From: Phoronis australis
Lineage: Eukaryota > Animalia > Phoronida
Assembly: GCA_002633005.1 (NCBI GenBank)
Contig: NMRA01000492.1
Coordinates: forward strand, 1-64,000
Reading direction: 5' to 3'
DNA: 64,000 nucleotides
Every line of letters starts with the position of its first letter. Position 1 is the stretch's first letter. The position numbers and the translations under genes were made by a program. The notes under the pieces were generated by a model that was not told the DNA's origin, made no database searches, and saw nothing but the letters and a program-made list of their open reading frames with translations. Positions 26,901-38,900 of the stretch are shown here, in pieces.

Positions 26901-29900
26901 ATAAAGTGGGACCTGAAATAGTTGTATCAATTAGCAATTCCAAGTGATCATGGTAGATACAAACATGTTTTGGTTGTTTTTGTGGTTGTAGAAAACGTAT
27001 CGTATTTGTGACTTCAGCAATAAGAGTAGCTTTATATCTGATTAAAAGTTTGGCAGACATATTCCTACGTTACCCTGTACAGCTTTAGTACTCTGTTCAG
27101 TTTAAAAAATGCAAAAAGCGTGTGGCTGTAGGCAACCGCAACTTCCAGCGGCAGGCAAGCAAGAACGTCCAGAACTATTCTTGGGGTGCGAACGTAGTGT
27201 TTCACGATCTCATCGAAGTCGTTGAGAATGCCTGAAAAGACATTGAAGTGATTAACAACAACTAAATACACTTGGCAATGTCTCATTTACCCATGTGCAT
27301 ATCACGAAATGTTTGCGTTTTCCGCAACACGTTATTACATGTATCTGTGTCAACAATTAGAAACAATCCAATCCGGGTATGTAAAAACTATCTGAACAGT
27401 TTCGTGTGCAGCAAAGTGTCGTTTTAGCTTCGATGAGTTTCTCAGTTTCTCTATGGGTCAGTTTTGCACCTGAGCTTTTGGAATGGAAGTACTATGAGAA
27501 CCATTTCCCATTTTCAACAGCTCTGGAAAATAACAGTAGGAGACTGTGCGGATTCGCAGAACTTGATGTAAGCACTGAATCGCAAAGAGCAGATTTTACG
27601 CTAACAGCAAGTGAGAGTTGAGGAACACTGCGAGCAGACGATTATGTCAGCAAAAAACACATACTCGATAGTAGGTCGCACTTTCCTGTAAACACCTTAG
27701 TTCTCGGTGTACATATAATGTATGACATTGTTTACAAAACGTTTTCGTTGGATTTGGATTAGATTTTTGACTGCCTTTGTTGGGCGGGCCAATTGACCAA
27801 TTTATGGTGACCCAGAATGAAATCAGCAAGGGCTAAAAATAACCGCCTGAATTTTCATCGGTAAGTCTTTGCTGTTTTTAGAGCAGTACAGCGTCGAGAA
27901 TTTATTCCACTAGAAGACTGCACACCAACCGTGAAATACGGCCGTTGTTCTACATTCCGTATATCACTGCATATATCATGGTTTATTGAATGCACGTATT
28001 TCGACATATATGGGATAAATATAGATTATTACACGGCGAAGTCTTTATCCCCCGTTACCTAGAGCCCGAGTGGATTTTGGAGAATTATCACCCTCGGGGC
28101 TAACGCCCCCCGGGCGATAATTCTCCAAAATCCACGAGGGCTCTAGATAAGGGGGATAACGACTGAGAACATGCAATAATCTATTTATACCACATACTGA
28201 ACGAGAAACATTGCAATGAATCGATCTACCTTTCTCGACTTTGTAACTACTTTCTATGCCACAGGCCCGGGGTCGGAGGTCGTGACCTTTTAAGAAAAGC
28301 TGAGCTATTTTTGTCAAATAATGCTTATACTCAAAACCAATTGAAAATTTAAACAAAATAGAAATAAAGTCAATACATAAAGTAAGGTTTAGCAACTATT
28401 ATAGCTTACTACACATTTTATCACGCTAAGCTTCGACCGGGAAAATATCGTCTGCTAAAGTAGGTTACCACTAGTAACTGACTATAATGCTCAAGTCAAA
28501 GGATCCCAACGACACGATACACGCATTCAAGTTGGAGATCAGTGATTTACAAGTGAGAGAACACAATAGAAAAATTTCACTGAATTAAAATACCGACGAA
28601 AATTCCCACACAAGGTGATCAAGCGGCTTTTATTGGGTCTCACTGAAGTTTCTATCTGGGTCATCTTACTGGGTCAAGCTAAGTAGCGTCACCGGCCAGC
28701 TAAATCAGCCAAAATCTAACTCAAATCCAACGAAAATGCATACAGTATGTCTATACTGAGAGCTAAGGTATTTACGGGAAATTAAGACCTAATAACGAGT
28801 ATGTGTTTTAGCTGAGCCAATCGTCTGCTTGCAGCGTTCAACGTACTCTCCGTCGTTGTCTGGCTCTAGCGTAAAATCTGGTTTGTGCTATACAGTCCTT
28901 ATCTCAAGTTCAGCAAATCAGCACAGTCTCCACCGTTATCTTTCAATGCTGTGATCAACACGGGAAATGTTTCTATTGCTATTTACACTCCAAAAGCTAA
29001 GACACGAAAATATACCAAGAAAACTACAAAATTCATCGAAGCTAATAAAAACGAGACACTGCTGCACAACTCGGTTCAGGGAATGTTTCAATTGTTATAT
29101 TCCCGGATAGATTGTTTCTAAGTTTCCCACAAACTTTTGATATTATTGAATGGTTCAGTGTTTTAACTGGCATATTTCGCAACCTGAAAAATCTCATCAA
29201 TTTATTATGAAATAACACTGTACGGCTTGGGTATCGTAATTGGCATGCATATGACGTCATATAACAACAAGTCGGAGCACACGGTAACAAGATATTGCCA
29301 CGATGATGCAAATAAGTCCATGTACATGTACATGTTCTGTCGAGTTGGGACACTCCCAGGTGAAATGAATTAGAGATAGTATATCGCAGAAGTATCCATA
29401 TGTATGCGTGATAAGCTATATATATTCAATGTATAGCCTATTAACGCAACAGGTACTTGTTTAACCCAATAGTATTAGATAAAACAACCTTCTGAAAGTA
29501 CAGATTGTGTTTCATATCCTGATTTGTTGTGCAAGCAGGAACGTAAAAATCGGCATTTTTATTTTTGTATTAAGTTCCTGTTCGCAATGTTCTTACTAAG
29601 ACTGTGCTTCAGGCAACCCACCGATAACTGGGTTGGATAAGGATAAGTTCAGTGTCGAGATGAAAAGAAAAGCTCTAAAACTGAGAAAACAAGAGGTAAG
29701 CTTACGAGTGTTTTTACTTTGACACAGGTTTTGCCTAATCAAAACGACTATCAGTCAACCGTTTCACTAGGCACACGCTGTTAGTAACAGCATTGGCATT
29801 TTTCCGGTAGCGGAAACGTCCTTCGGTTGGTTACGTGAAATGGGTGGTGTATTAAGACTACTCACTGCTGGTAGGTAAATCGTGCTAAATGAAAGTACAT

Positions 29901-32900
29901 CTTACCATTAGGTGTGTAAACGGCAGTTCTGAGCTGAAACACTATATCAAGTGCGTTCAGAAGGTCAATGAACCAACCGACACCTTTGAACAGTGCCCCA
30001 ATCACAGGTCTGTTGTAGACTAAAATATAATAGCGAAACGAAAAATAAGATATTTCATGTTCAAGACTCCGTACCTAAGCCAATAGTAACGATCTTTCTC
30101 ATAAAAATATGTGTCTATTGTTCCAGACACCACATATTTAAAAGGACACTAAACCCTGTTTTGGTGATTTCAACCAATCCTCTTTCTGTCACTTACTAAT
30201 ACATCCCTGGATTCAATCTTAAGAGATAAATGCAGGAATCAACTAAAACTCATACCCTCTGTTTTACAAATTGGATATTATGGTCCTTGGTGAGTGGTCT
30301 TTTCCCACAGATGCCGTTTAATTCGCTAAAAGCGTAGGCCCTGCTGGCCCGTTTAGTAGACTTTGCAAGGAGTTTTCAAATTTTTCTCAAAACGTTTGAG
30401 GGTTGTCGAGGGTTACAGGGCATTGTTTTGTTTTAGAGAACTGGATAGGAGGGTCATTTTTAGTATCTGTAAATAAGCCAAAATCGGGTTTGGTATCATT
30501 TTAAAGCAATATTGATTATATTTCGGTAAAAATGTCGCTTTGAGACGTTCCTCATCACAAAATGGTGAGCGTTGTATGTTTTGCTAAAATTTTGCGACGA
30601 ATGACAAAGTACTCGAATTGGAAAGCGAAATACGTGAACTATTTTGTTTTCTTTGATTACACCGTGCTTGGAATGGAGATCGCTGTGTTACCTTAGCCCT
30701 AATAAACCAATTTTTTCTTGTCTTATCTTACTTTGAAGTTGGCAGCTCTCATTGTTGTTTTAAGCCGACGTGAAACGTATAGGTATACACAAATAAAAGC
30801 ATGCAACTCCGTTAGAAAATTCGACGCTTAACCGTCAAAATTCTCAGCAAAACCTAGGGTTGGACAAAAAGTCATATGCGACACCACACGGTGTAGAAAA
30901 TAAACGTCAACAGTAGTCACGACAACAAGAACTACTTTGAAAAATATGAGCTCTACGTGTTCATTCACCAACGTACGTGGGATCCCTATTGTTCCATTGG
31001 TCATAAAACTGGCCATAAAAATGACCTCAGCCCCTTGGAGTAAAGCCAGCGATAATATTGTAGTCTCCCACACGAAAGCCATCCTTGACTCTGGGTTGAT
31101 TAGAGTGTTTTTCAGCACAAACCACTTGTTGCATACCGACTCCTTCATTCTCTATAATTTAAAATAGCAGTAGGGACTACGTGCATGTAAGTGAATGCAG
31201 GCTCAATCTGAAAATAAATTCACGGCACAGTAAGCTAATTGGCAACACCCGGAAGGAACAATTGCCGTTCACTCTTTAGCATTCACCGCTGTTGTCAGTA
31301 AACGTGTCGTCATCGACATGCTCCGTCGTCACTGAGTGTCGACTACGGGAGTCGCCGATAATTTCGGAACAGTGAAAGACATGGTTGACGCGACGGATCC
31401 TCAGTTGCCGGCTAAACGGGTATTATTTAGGCATACACGAAAACGCAAAAGAATATCCTTTATTTGACACATGACTTTCCTGATTTTTCTTAATTTATGC
31501 TGTAATTAACGTGTAAATGTATACGGTTATAAACAAAAGCGGAGTTTTGTAGACATCCAAGGAAAAGTCTTGCAAACATGTTCACGTAATTGCGCTCAAT
31601 TCTTACCACAAACGGCGAGATGTAGTGCTTATGGAAGCGCCATAGTCTATCCTTCTCCGACTCAAAGATTTCCATGTCCTTATCTAGAATAAGGGTTCGG
31701 TGACGTCGGATAAGCGAGTGTCGTTCTCTGTTGATAATGTCGCTACCGAAAATTTCGTTGAACCGTATCTCATTTCGCCTAAAGGTTCTATGCAGTAAGC
31801 TTGAAACCGTGTTGACGTTTTCTTGCTTGGATTGCAGTCCGTCGTGCTTTTCCACTTTCTGGAAATATTACCTGAGCTAGACATTCGCGCTGCAGTTGCG
31901 CGCACATGTTTAGCGATACTAATGGCTTCCGGTGCAATGACGGACTGGAGACTGGTTCGGGTTAATCATTTTTATCGACCAAACATACATTAGCTTACTC
32001 AAACAAAACAGCCGGTGTTATGTACTTTTTAATACTACAACCAGAAGGCTTGGCTTGTGATGAACCCCTGAGTCACTTTCAGCAACTGTTACACTCGTTG
32101 ACAAAGTCACTAACTAATGCCGCAGTGTGTGGTTTGCTGACTATTGACGCAGGAAGTGCTGACTCTGTAACTGTCGCTTCTTTAGCTATCGGCTGTGCAT
32201 CTTTATTTTACATAATCACGCCTGTTTGAATACAGTATTGTTCTGGAACTCATCACTGATTCACGCACGTTCTAGAATTTCTTGAAATCTATCCAAGCGT
32301 TCTAGGACAAATACGTGTTAGGCTCTGAAATGGCCCAGACGATGACACATGTACCTACTTGGTTGTTCTCTTTTATAAACGTTTTGTATAATCATAACTA
32401 CGTTGGGAAAGTCAGGTGCTAACAACTAGTAAACGAACAGAGCAGCCAAGTAAAACCAATAGAACTAAAACCAGTGAGGGCAACCCTCCTGACAGAAAGA
32501 TCTTGAAACTGTCAACAATTGGTGGCCCTTTTCTACAATATCGCATGCCTATTCTTCAAGTCACCTTTGACCGTTTTTTTTTTTCAAAACTCACACGAAT
32601 CTCATTCACTTTATCCGGGATTTGGTGGTTCACAACCAAGGTTGAGTCGTTCTGTTTTTCCACCCCCTTCGCAGCCTCCTCCACTCGCTCATATCTGTGA
32701 TCGGCAACTTCACGCATTTTCTCGGTAACTACAAGTACGCCACGTGCTTTGGATAAGCATGCAAGTCTAAGAAACTGATGCTTGAAAATGAATAAATTAC
32801 AGATCGCCAATAGAAAAACGAGCAAGCAAAGCATCACATAAAAAGAAATGAATGTGAGTTGACTTTTAACAAAACCACAGCGTGGTGCATACATCAAACC

Positions 32901-35900
32901 AAGCTAAATTGTTTATTTGTTTAGTTTTGCCTGGCGAACAAGATACGCAAAAATGAGAAGTTTTAAGAATGTTAATTGATGCCGGTATAAGTACCATTAG
33001 GATAGAAGCGAGCAACTTCTCTGATGTCATTCTTGTCGAGAACAACGAGGTCACAATGACAAGCGGCGCGCATGGTCGCTGTCCGGGGTACACTGACAAC
33101 GAGGCAAATCTGGAAAACAAGACAGAGTTCAACATGAACTCACCTAGGGGTGGCGGGCTCGGGGGGCTCCTTCGAAGTGGGCAAAAAGGTCCGTCTAAGA
33201 CAAGCAAAAAGTCCGAAAAAATAAGAACTAGACAACAGTCAAATAAAAAGGCAGGAACTATCAAAATTCGGCGAATGCAAAATTCATAGCTCTGAAGGAA
33301 TCAAGTTTTTTCTTTTTTTTGTAAAAGGTCCACATTCTCAAAAATTCGAGCCCCCATTTTTAGGTTCTATAAATAAAGTTGAGAATAGAACTATACCACA
33401 GTTTTGGGCAGCATTTTGAGAGTCAAATAACGTGGAAAAGAAATCTGAAACCACATGTAAATAACGCCATCCAGATCCTCTTAAGGATACTATTGTTTCA
33501 CGAAATGTAGAATATATATAGGTAAATAAAACAACAATAATGGATCAACTGAAATGCTCGGATATAAAAACATCCTTCGTCAACAGAAACAGAAATAAAT
33601 TAAAATCAAACACAGTATGGCAACTGACGTTTAATATGTGACGTAATAAATATCATACATTGTTGCGGAAAAAATCAAGGATATTATTTAAGAAGTTTTT
33701 ATGTTCAATCCATTAGGTTCAAGTGTATTGAGCTTATCTATCCAAGATTGTTCTCTTTTGAGTCTTTGAGGGGTACTGGGGTATTGGAGTTTTGCTCAGA
33801 AAGATCTTGAAGATTATGGTTTTTGGAATTGAAATGATTACCTATAGTATCAGAAATGTTTTTATGTATTACGTTAAATCTATGATTGCGAAACCGAGAT
33901 TGTAGGTTATGTTGAGTTTGTCCTACGTATTGGATAGAACATATTTTACATGTTATATGTTGCCAATAGGTTTGTCAGTTTGCTTTTTATTGTCCATATT
34001 TTCTTTAACTAAACGATTTTTTAGATTTTTACATTTTCTCAAAGAAATAATAGGTGGATGAGGATATACGTTTTTCATTTGAAGGGAAATATGCATCGTG
34101 GAAAGATGTTTCTGAAGACGTGGCTAATTCCGTTCAAACATGGATTGAACATAGTTATGAATGGTATCCTATTAGTAGTATTGCCTTTTGTATTAGTTCT
34201 TAAAGATTTGTTTCTTTTGAATGAGCAGACTTTGTCAAACTGTTTGTGTAGAAGATGCAAGGGGAAACGTCGTTGAACTAAATAGTTTTGGTGTTCTTTT
34301 AAACGTTTATTAAAGGAAGTTTCTTCTGAAAAAATGCGTCGAATTTTAAGGGCAAAGCTATATGGAAGGCTTTTCTTGCTAAACGTCTTAGGTAGGCAGC
34401 ATATTTTAACAATCGCACCAAAGATGAAAACGAGAACCCCCCTTAGAAATTAATCCTTTCAAAAAAAGCAATTGGAATCCACCTAAAAGTCAAAACCATG
34501 ACCTTGAAAGTTACATTGAAGCTATTATTAATGACGCCATGAATTACAAAAAGCATAACTACAAATATGATATTACTAAATCCGAAAACGATGCCCTCAC
34601 AAATCTAGCTAAAAACAAAGAAATCATAATTAAACCAGCTGGTAAGGGATCAGCTGATGTTATAATGGACAAGCAGAAACATATTGGCGTGGCTCTCCGG
34701 CAACTTAATGACACAACCTACAACAAATTTTCAAATAATAACCACCACAACACAAAACATATCAGCCGTATAACTAAAACTATTTTGAATGCTTTCCACT
34801 TAGGTCAAATTGACAAAGACACCAAAAAGTACCTCATTTCAAATAATGCTGAGCCTAGTTGCCTTTAACTTCTTCCTGAAATCCACAAAGAAGGTAAACC
34901 TGGACGCCCAATTATAGCCAGCAAAGACTGCCCTACTGAAAAAAATTCTCAGTTTGGCGAGTACCATCTTCAACAATTTGTGACCACCCTTCCTCCATTT
35001 GTTAAAGATACTAATCGTTTTCTTAATATAATTAAAAACATCAGTGATTTACCTAAAAATGCCCTTCAAGTAACTCTTGGTGCTAAACCTTGTACACATA
35101 TATTCCTCAACATGACGGTATAGAAGCCTGTACCAAATTTCTTAGTAAACGTAATAATCCTAATGTACTTACAAATTTTATTCGTTCTCTTCTTGAACAT
35201 GTACTTACCATGAATCATTTCTACTCGAATACTAATCACTCTCTCCAAATATTAGGCAAAGCTATGTATACTAGAGTTGCTCTTACTTTTGCTTTTTATG
35301 GGAAATCTTGAAAAAAAACAACTTCATCAAATCCTGCTCTGAAAAACCTCTTCTCTGGATAAGGTACATTAATGAAATTTTTATGATCTGGACCCATGGC
35401 CCACAAAAAATACATGTATTCTTAGAAAATATTGACAAATTTCACCCTACTATAAAGTTCACTCATGACATTTCTCAAAATAAAAATCAAGTCTAATTTT
35501 TAGATGTAACTTTCATCGTTATCAATGATAAATTAGAAACCGTCTTACTCTGTAAAGAAGCTGACAAACACCAGTATCTGTCATATTACTCGTTTCATCC
35601 CTTTCATTGTAAGAAAAGCCTTTCATGTAGCCTTGACCTCAGAATTCGACGCATTTGTTCAGTAAAAACTTCCTTTAATAACCGTTTAAAAGAACTCAAA
35701 CACTATTTAGTTCACCGTCATTTCCCCCTTGCACCTTATACACAAACAGTTTGACAAAGTCCGCTCAATCAAAAGAAATGAATTTTAGGAAAAAAACAAA
35801 AGACACTAATACTAATACAATACCTCTCATAACGATGTTCAATCCATGTTTAAATGGAACTAGTCACGTCTTCAGAGAACATCTTTCCACGCTGCATACT

Positions 35901-38900
35901 TCTCCTCAAATGAAAAACCTGTTTCCTTATCCACCTATATTTTTTTGGAGAAAATGTAAAAATCTAAAAACTTACTTAGTTATAGCAAACATGGACAATA
36001 AAAACCAAACTGACAATCCTATTGGCAACATACAATGTAACAAATCTAGATGCTAAATGTGTAACTTTATCAACGACAATACTTTCTTCCAGTCTTCCCA
36101 AACCAATGAAAACTTTGAAATAAAACATTATTCTGACTGCACCACCAACAATATCATTTACCTAATAACATGTAAAAAATGTTCTATGCAATACGTAGGA
36201 CAAACTCAACATAATCTACAAACTCGGTTTCGCAATCATAGCTTGAACATAATACATAAAAACATTTCTGATACTATTGGTAATCATTTCAATTCCAAAA
36301 ACCATAATCTTCAAGATCTTTCTGTACAAATAATGGAAAAACTCCAATACCCCAGTACCTCTCTCAGACTCAAAAGAGAACAATTTTAGATAGATAAGCT
36401 CAATACATTTGAACCTAATGGATTGAACATAAAAACTTCTTAAATAATATCCTTGAATTTTTCGGCAACAAAACTTCAGTTGATCCATTATTGTTGTTTT
36501 ATGTACCTATAGAGAGTCAACTGATATGCATAATTGTATATGCCTATTTTCATTTTCTTCATACTGAGTATTGTCTTTAACATTTAAGACGCTATACGTT
36601 CGTTTTTGGTGACGTTTGGCGTCTAAGACAACCTTATTGCAACAAGATTAGTCTAATGTTGTCCATTGTTGTTGTCAGATGTATATGTAGTTTATCCCAT
36701 ACGCGTTGAATCTGTGGAGGGAAATACGGCCATGTAATAGTGTTTTTCGTATTCACCTCCCACACTACTTCAACAGTGACCTCTGACATTGAAGATTCAA
36801 AAGGCAAGTCAATGTCGACTAGACGTCGTTATCTGGTTAGATCATCACAGTTTCGGAAAATAGCTTAAAGTAATTAGATTAGCCACGTAAACAGTCAGGG
36901 TGAAGTATTTATAAAATGCCGAAAGAAAACAAAAGAAACTCACAAATTCGATGCGTATGGGATAAATACAAAACTTTCGGTCTCGGTCGATACGTGGAAT
37001 AATGTCTCGTGGGTTATTATTTCATGTAAGCCACGCTCGGTACGTTTTGTGTATTTAGGTTTTGGTGCAGCCGTATCAGTCGTTCATATTAATTGGACTT
37101 AAGACGATCTAGTTTTTCTTGGTGAGATCACGTAAAATCCTGAGAGCGCAAAGCGAGCGTTAGTGCTGCGGTGAGTTCCGTAGATACGAGACTCTTGCGA
37201 TGGAAACAAGTGTGTTTAGGTTGTAATAAATGGCCAGATCTCGAAAAGACTTGCGTCTTCTTTTGTGTTCACGTGGTTCTCACGTTTACAAAGGTACCCG
37301 CATATCAGATGAGTTTAGAGCTATCTGGTCATGGATATTTACTTTGTTTCTAATCAGAGAATCTTAAAGCAGTAAAGGTGTGAATGGCAGGTCAAATCGC
37401 TGTTGACTAAGGTAAAATTTACGAGTTCACGGTTACAAATACAGNCGGAGCTGTCATAAACGGTGGCACTTTTAACAGCTTCTTGAAAACAGACGACGTG
37501 TAGGCTACGCGCTCCGGTCAATGACCTACATGTAGTTTCATGAATGAGTGCAGCTACCCGATGAGGATTTTACAATGTTATAAATATTCTTGTTATTTAT
37601 TTATTTTCGAAATATGATACAAGTGCAATGCACAATAACTGTCGTTTTCACACTTTTTATCAATTTCAAGTAATAAACCGTTACATTTAAAACTGTTTTC
37701 TTTTACTATAGTAAGTTAGCAACATAACGCGCACGTACACACACAACAGGTTGTGATTAGCCACGTAAACAGTCAGGGTGAAGTATTTATAAAATGCCGA
37801 AAGAAAACAAAAGAAACTCACAAATTCGATGCGTATGGGATAAATACAAAACTTTCGGTCTCGGTCGATACGCGGAATAATGTCTCGTGGGTTATTATTT
37901 CATGTAAGCCACGCTCGGTACGTTTTGTGTATTTAGGTTTTGGTGCAGCCGTAAAATCGTTCATATTAATTGGACTTAAGACGATCTAGTTTTTCTTGGT
38001 GAGATCACGTAAAATCCTGAGAGCGCAAAGCGAGCGTTAGTGCTGCGGTGAGTTCCGTAGATACGAGACTCTTGCGATGGAAACAAGTGTGTTTAGGTTG
38101 TAATAAATGGCCAGATCTCGAAAAGACTTGCGTCTTCTTTTGTGTTCACGTGGTTCTCACGTTTACAAAGGTACCCGCATATCAGATGAGTTTAGAGCTA
38201 TCTGGTCATGGATATTTACTTTGTTTCTAATCAGAGAATCTTAAAGCAGTAAAGGTGTGAATGGCAGGTCAAATCGCTGTTGACTAAGGTAAAATTTACG
38301 AGTTCACGGTTACAAATACAGTGAAAGCAAACCTGCAAAAAGTGTGACTGACGCGTCATTCAAACGATCTAAAATGCCCGTATCATGCTCAGGTAGCTGT
38401 AGGTGTAGCAACGATGCTAATATTGACTAGATTACAGTCTCGTTGAGGGTTGAAAGTTTCAACATCGCTTCACTGTACCCAGAAAGATAGACAGCAAGGA
38501 AATCATAAGACACGACCACGCCATATTGAAAAGAAAGCAAAGACTAGTTTCACTGACCTAGCCATCGAGGGATGGGTACACCCGAGCCGAGCCCCCACTT
38601 CCTCACCCCCAAGGTAGACAACAATCGGGAGCAGTTTAATGGAGGTCGGGGCCGATCATTGAATGGGAGAGTGTGGCAGGTGTTACCTCGCCCCGAGCTC
38701 CGTGCAGGGTTAATAATACTGAATGCTGCACAAAAAGCATGGGGCTGTACTTGGCTCGCACAGGCCAGCGAGACTGTACATGTGCGTTCTATCAATAGGC
38801 TCCCACATCCTTGCCCTTGTGTACACTTTCACTTCTCTGCTCATGTTTTGACCACGCCTCACTTCAAAATTCGAGGTAGGCAGTTAAGATTTGATTGTTG

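Noticed and set aside
32969-33289. 106-aa plus-strand ORF and overlapping 132-aa minus-strand ORF
   Set aside because: Shadow frames of the real PBC exon 32995-33109, which is in a different minus-strand frame.
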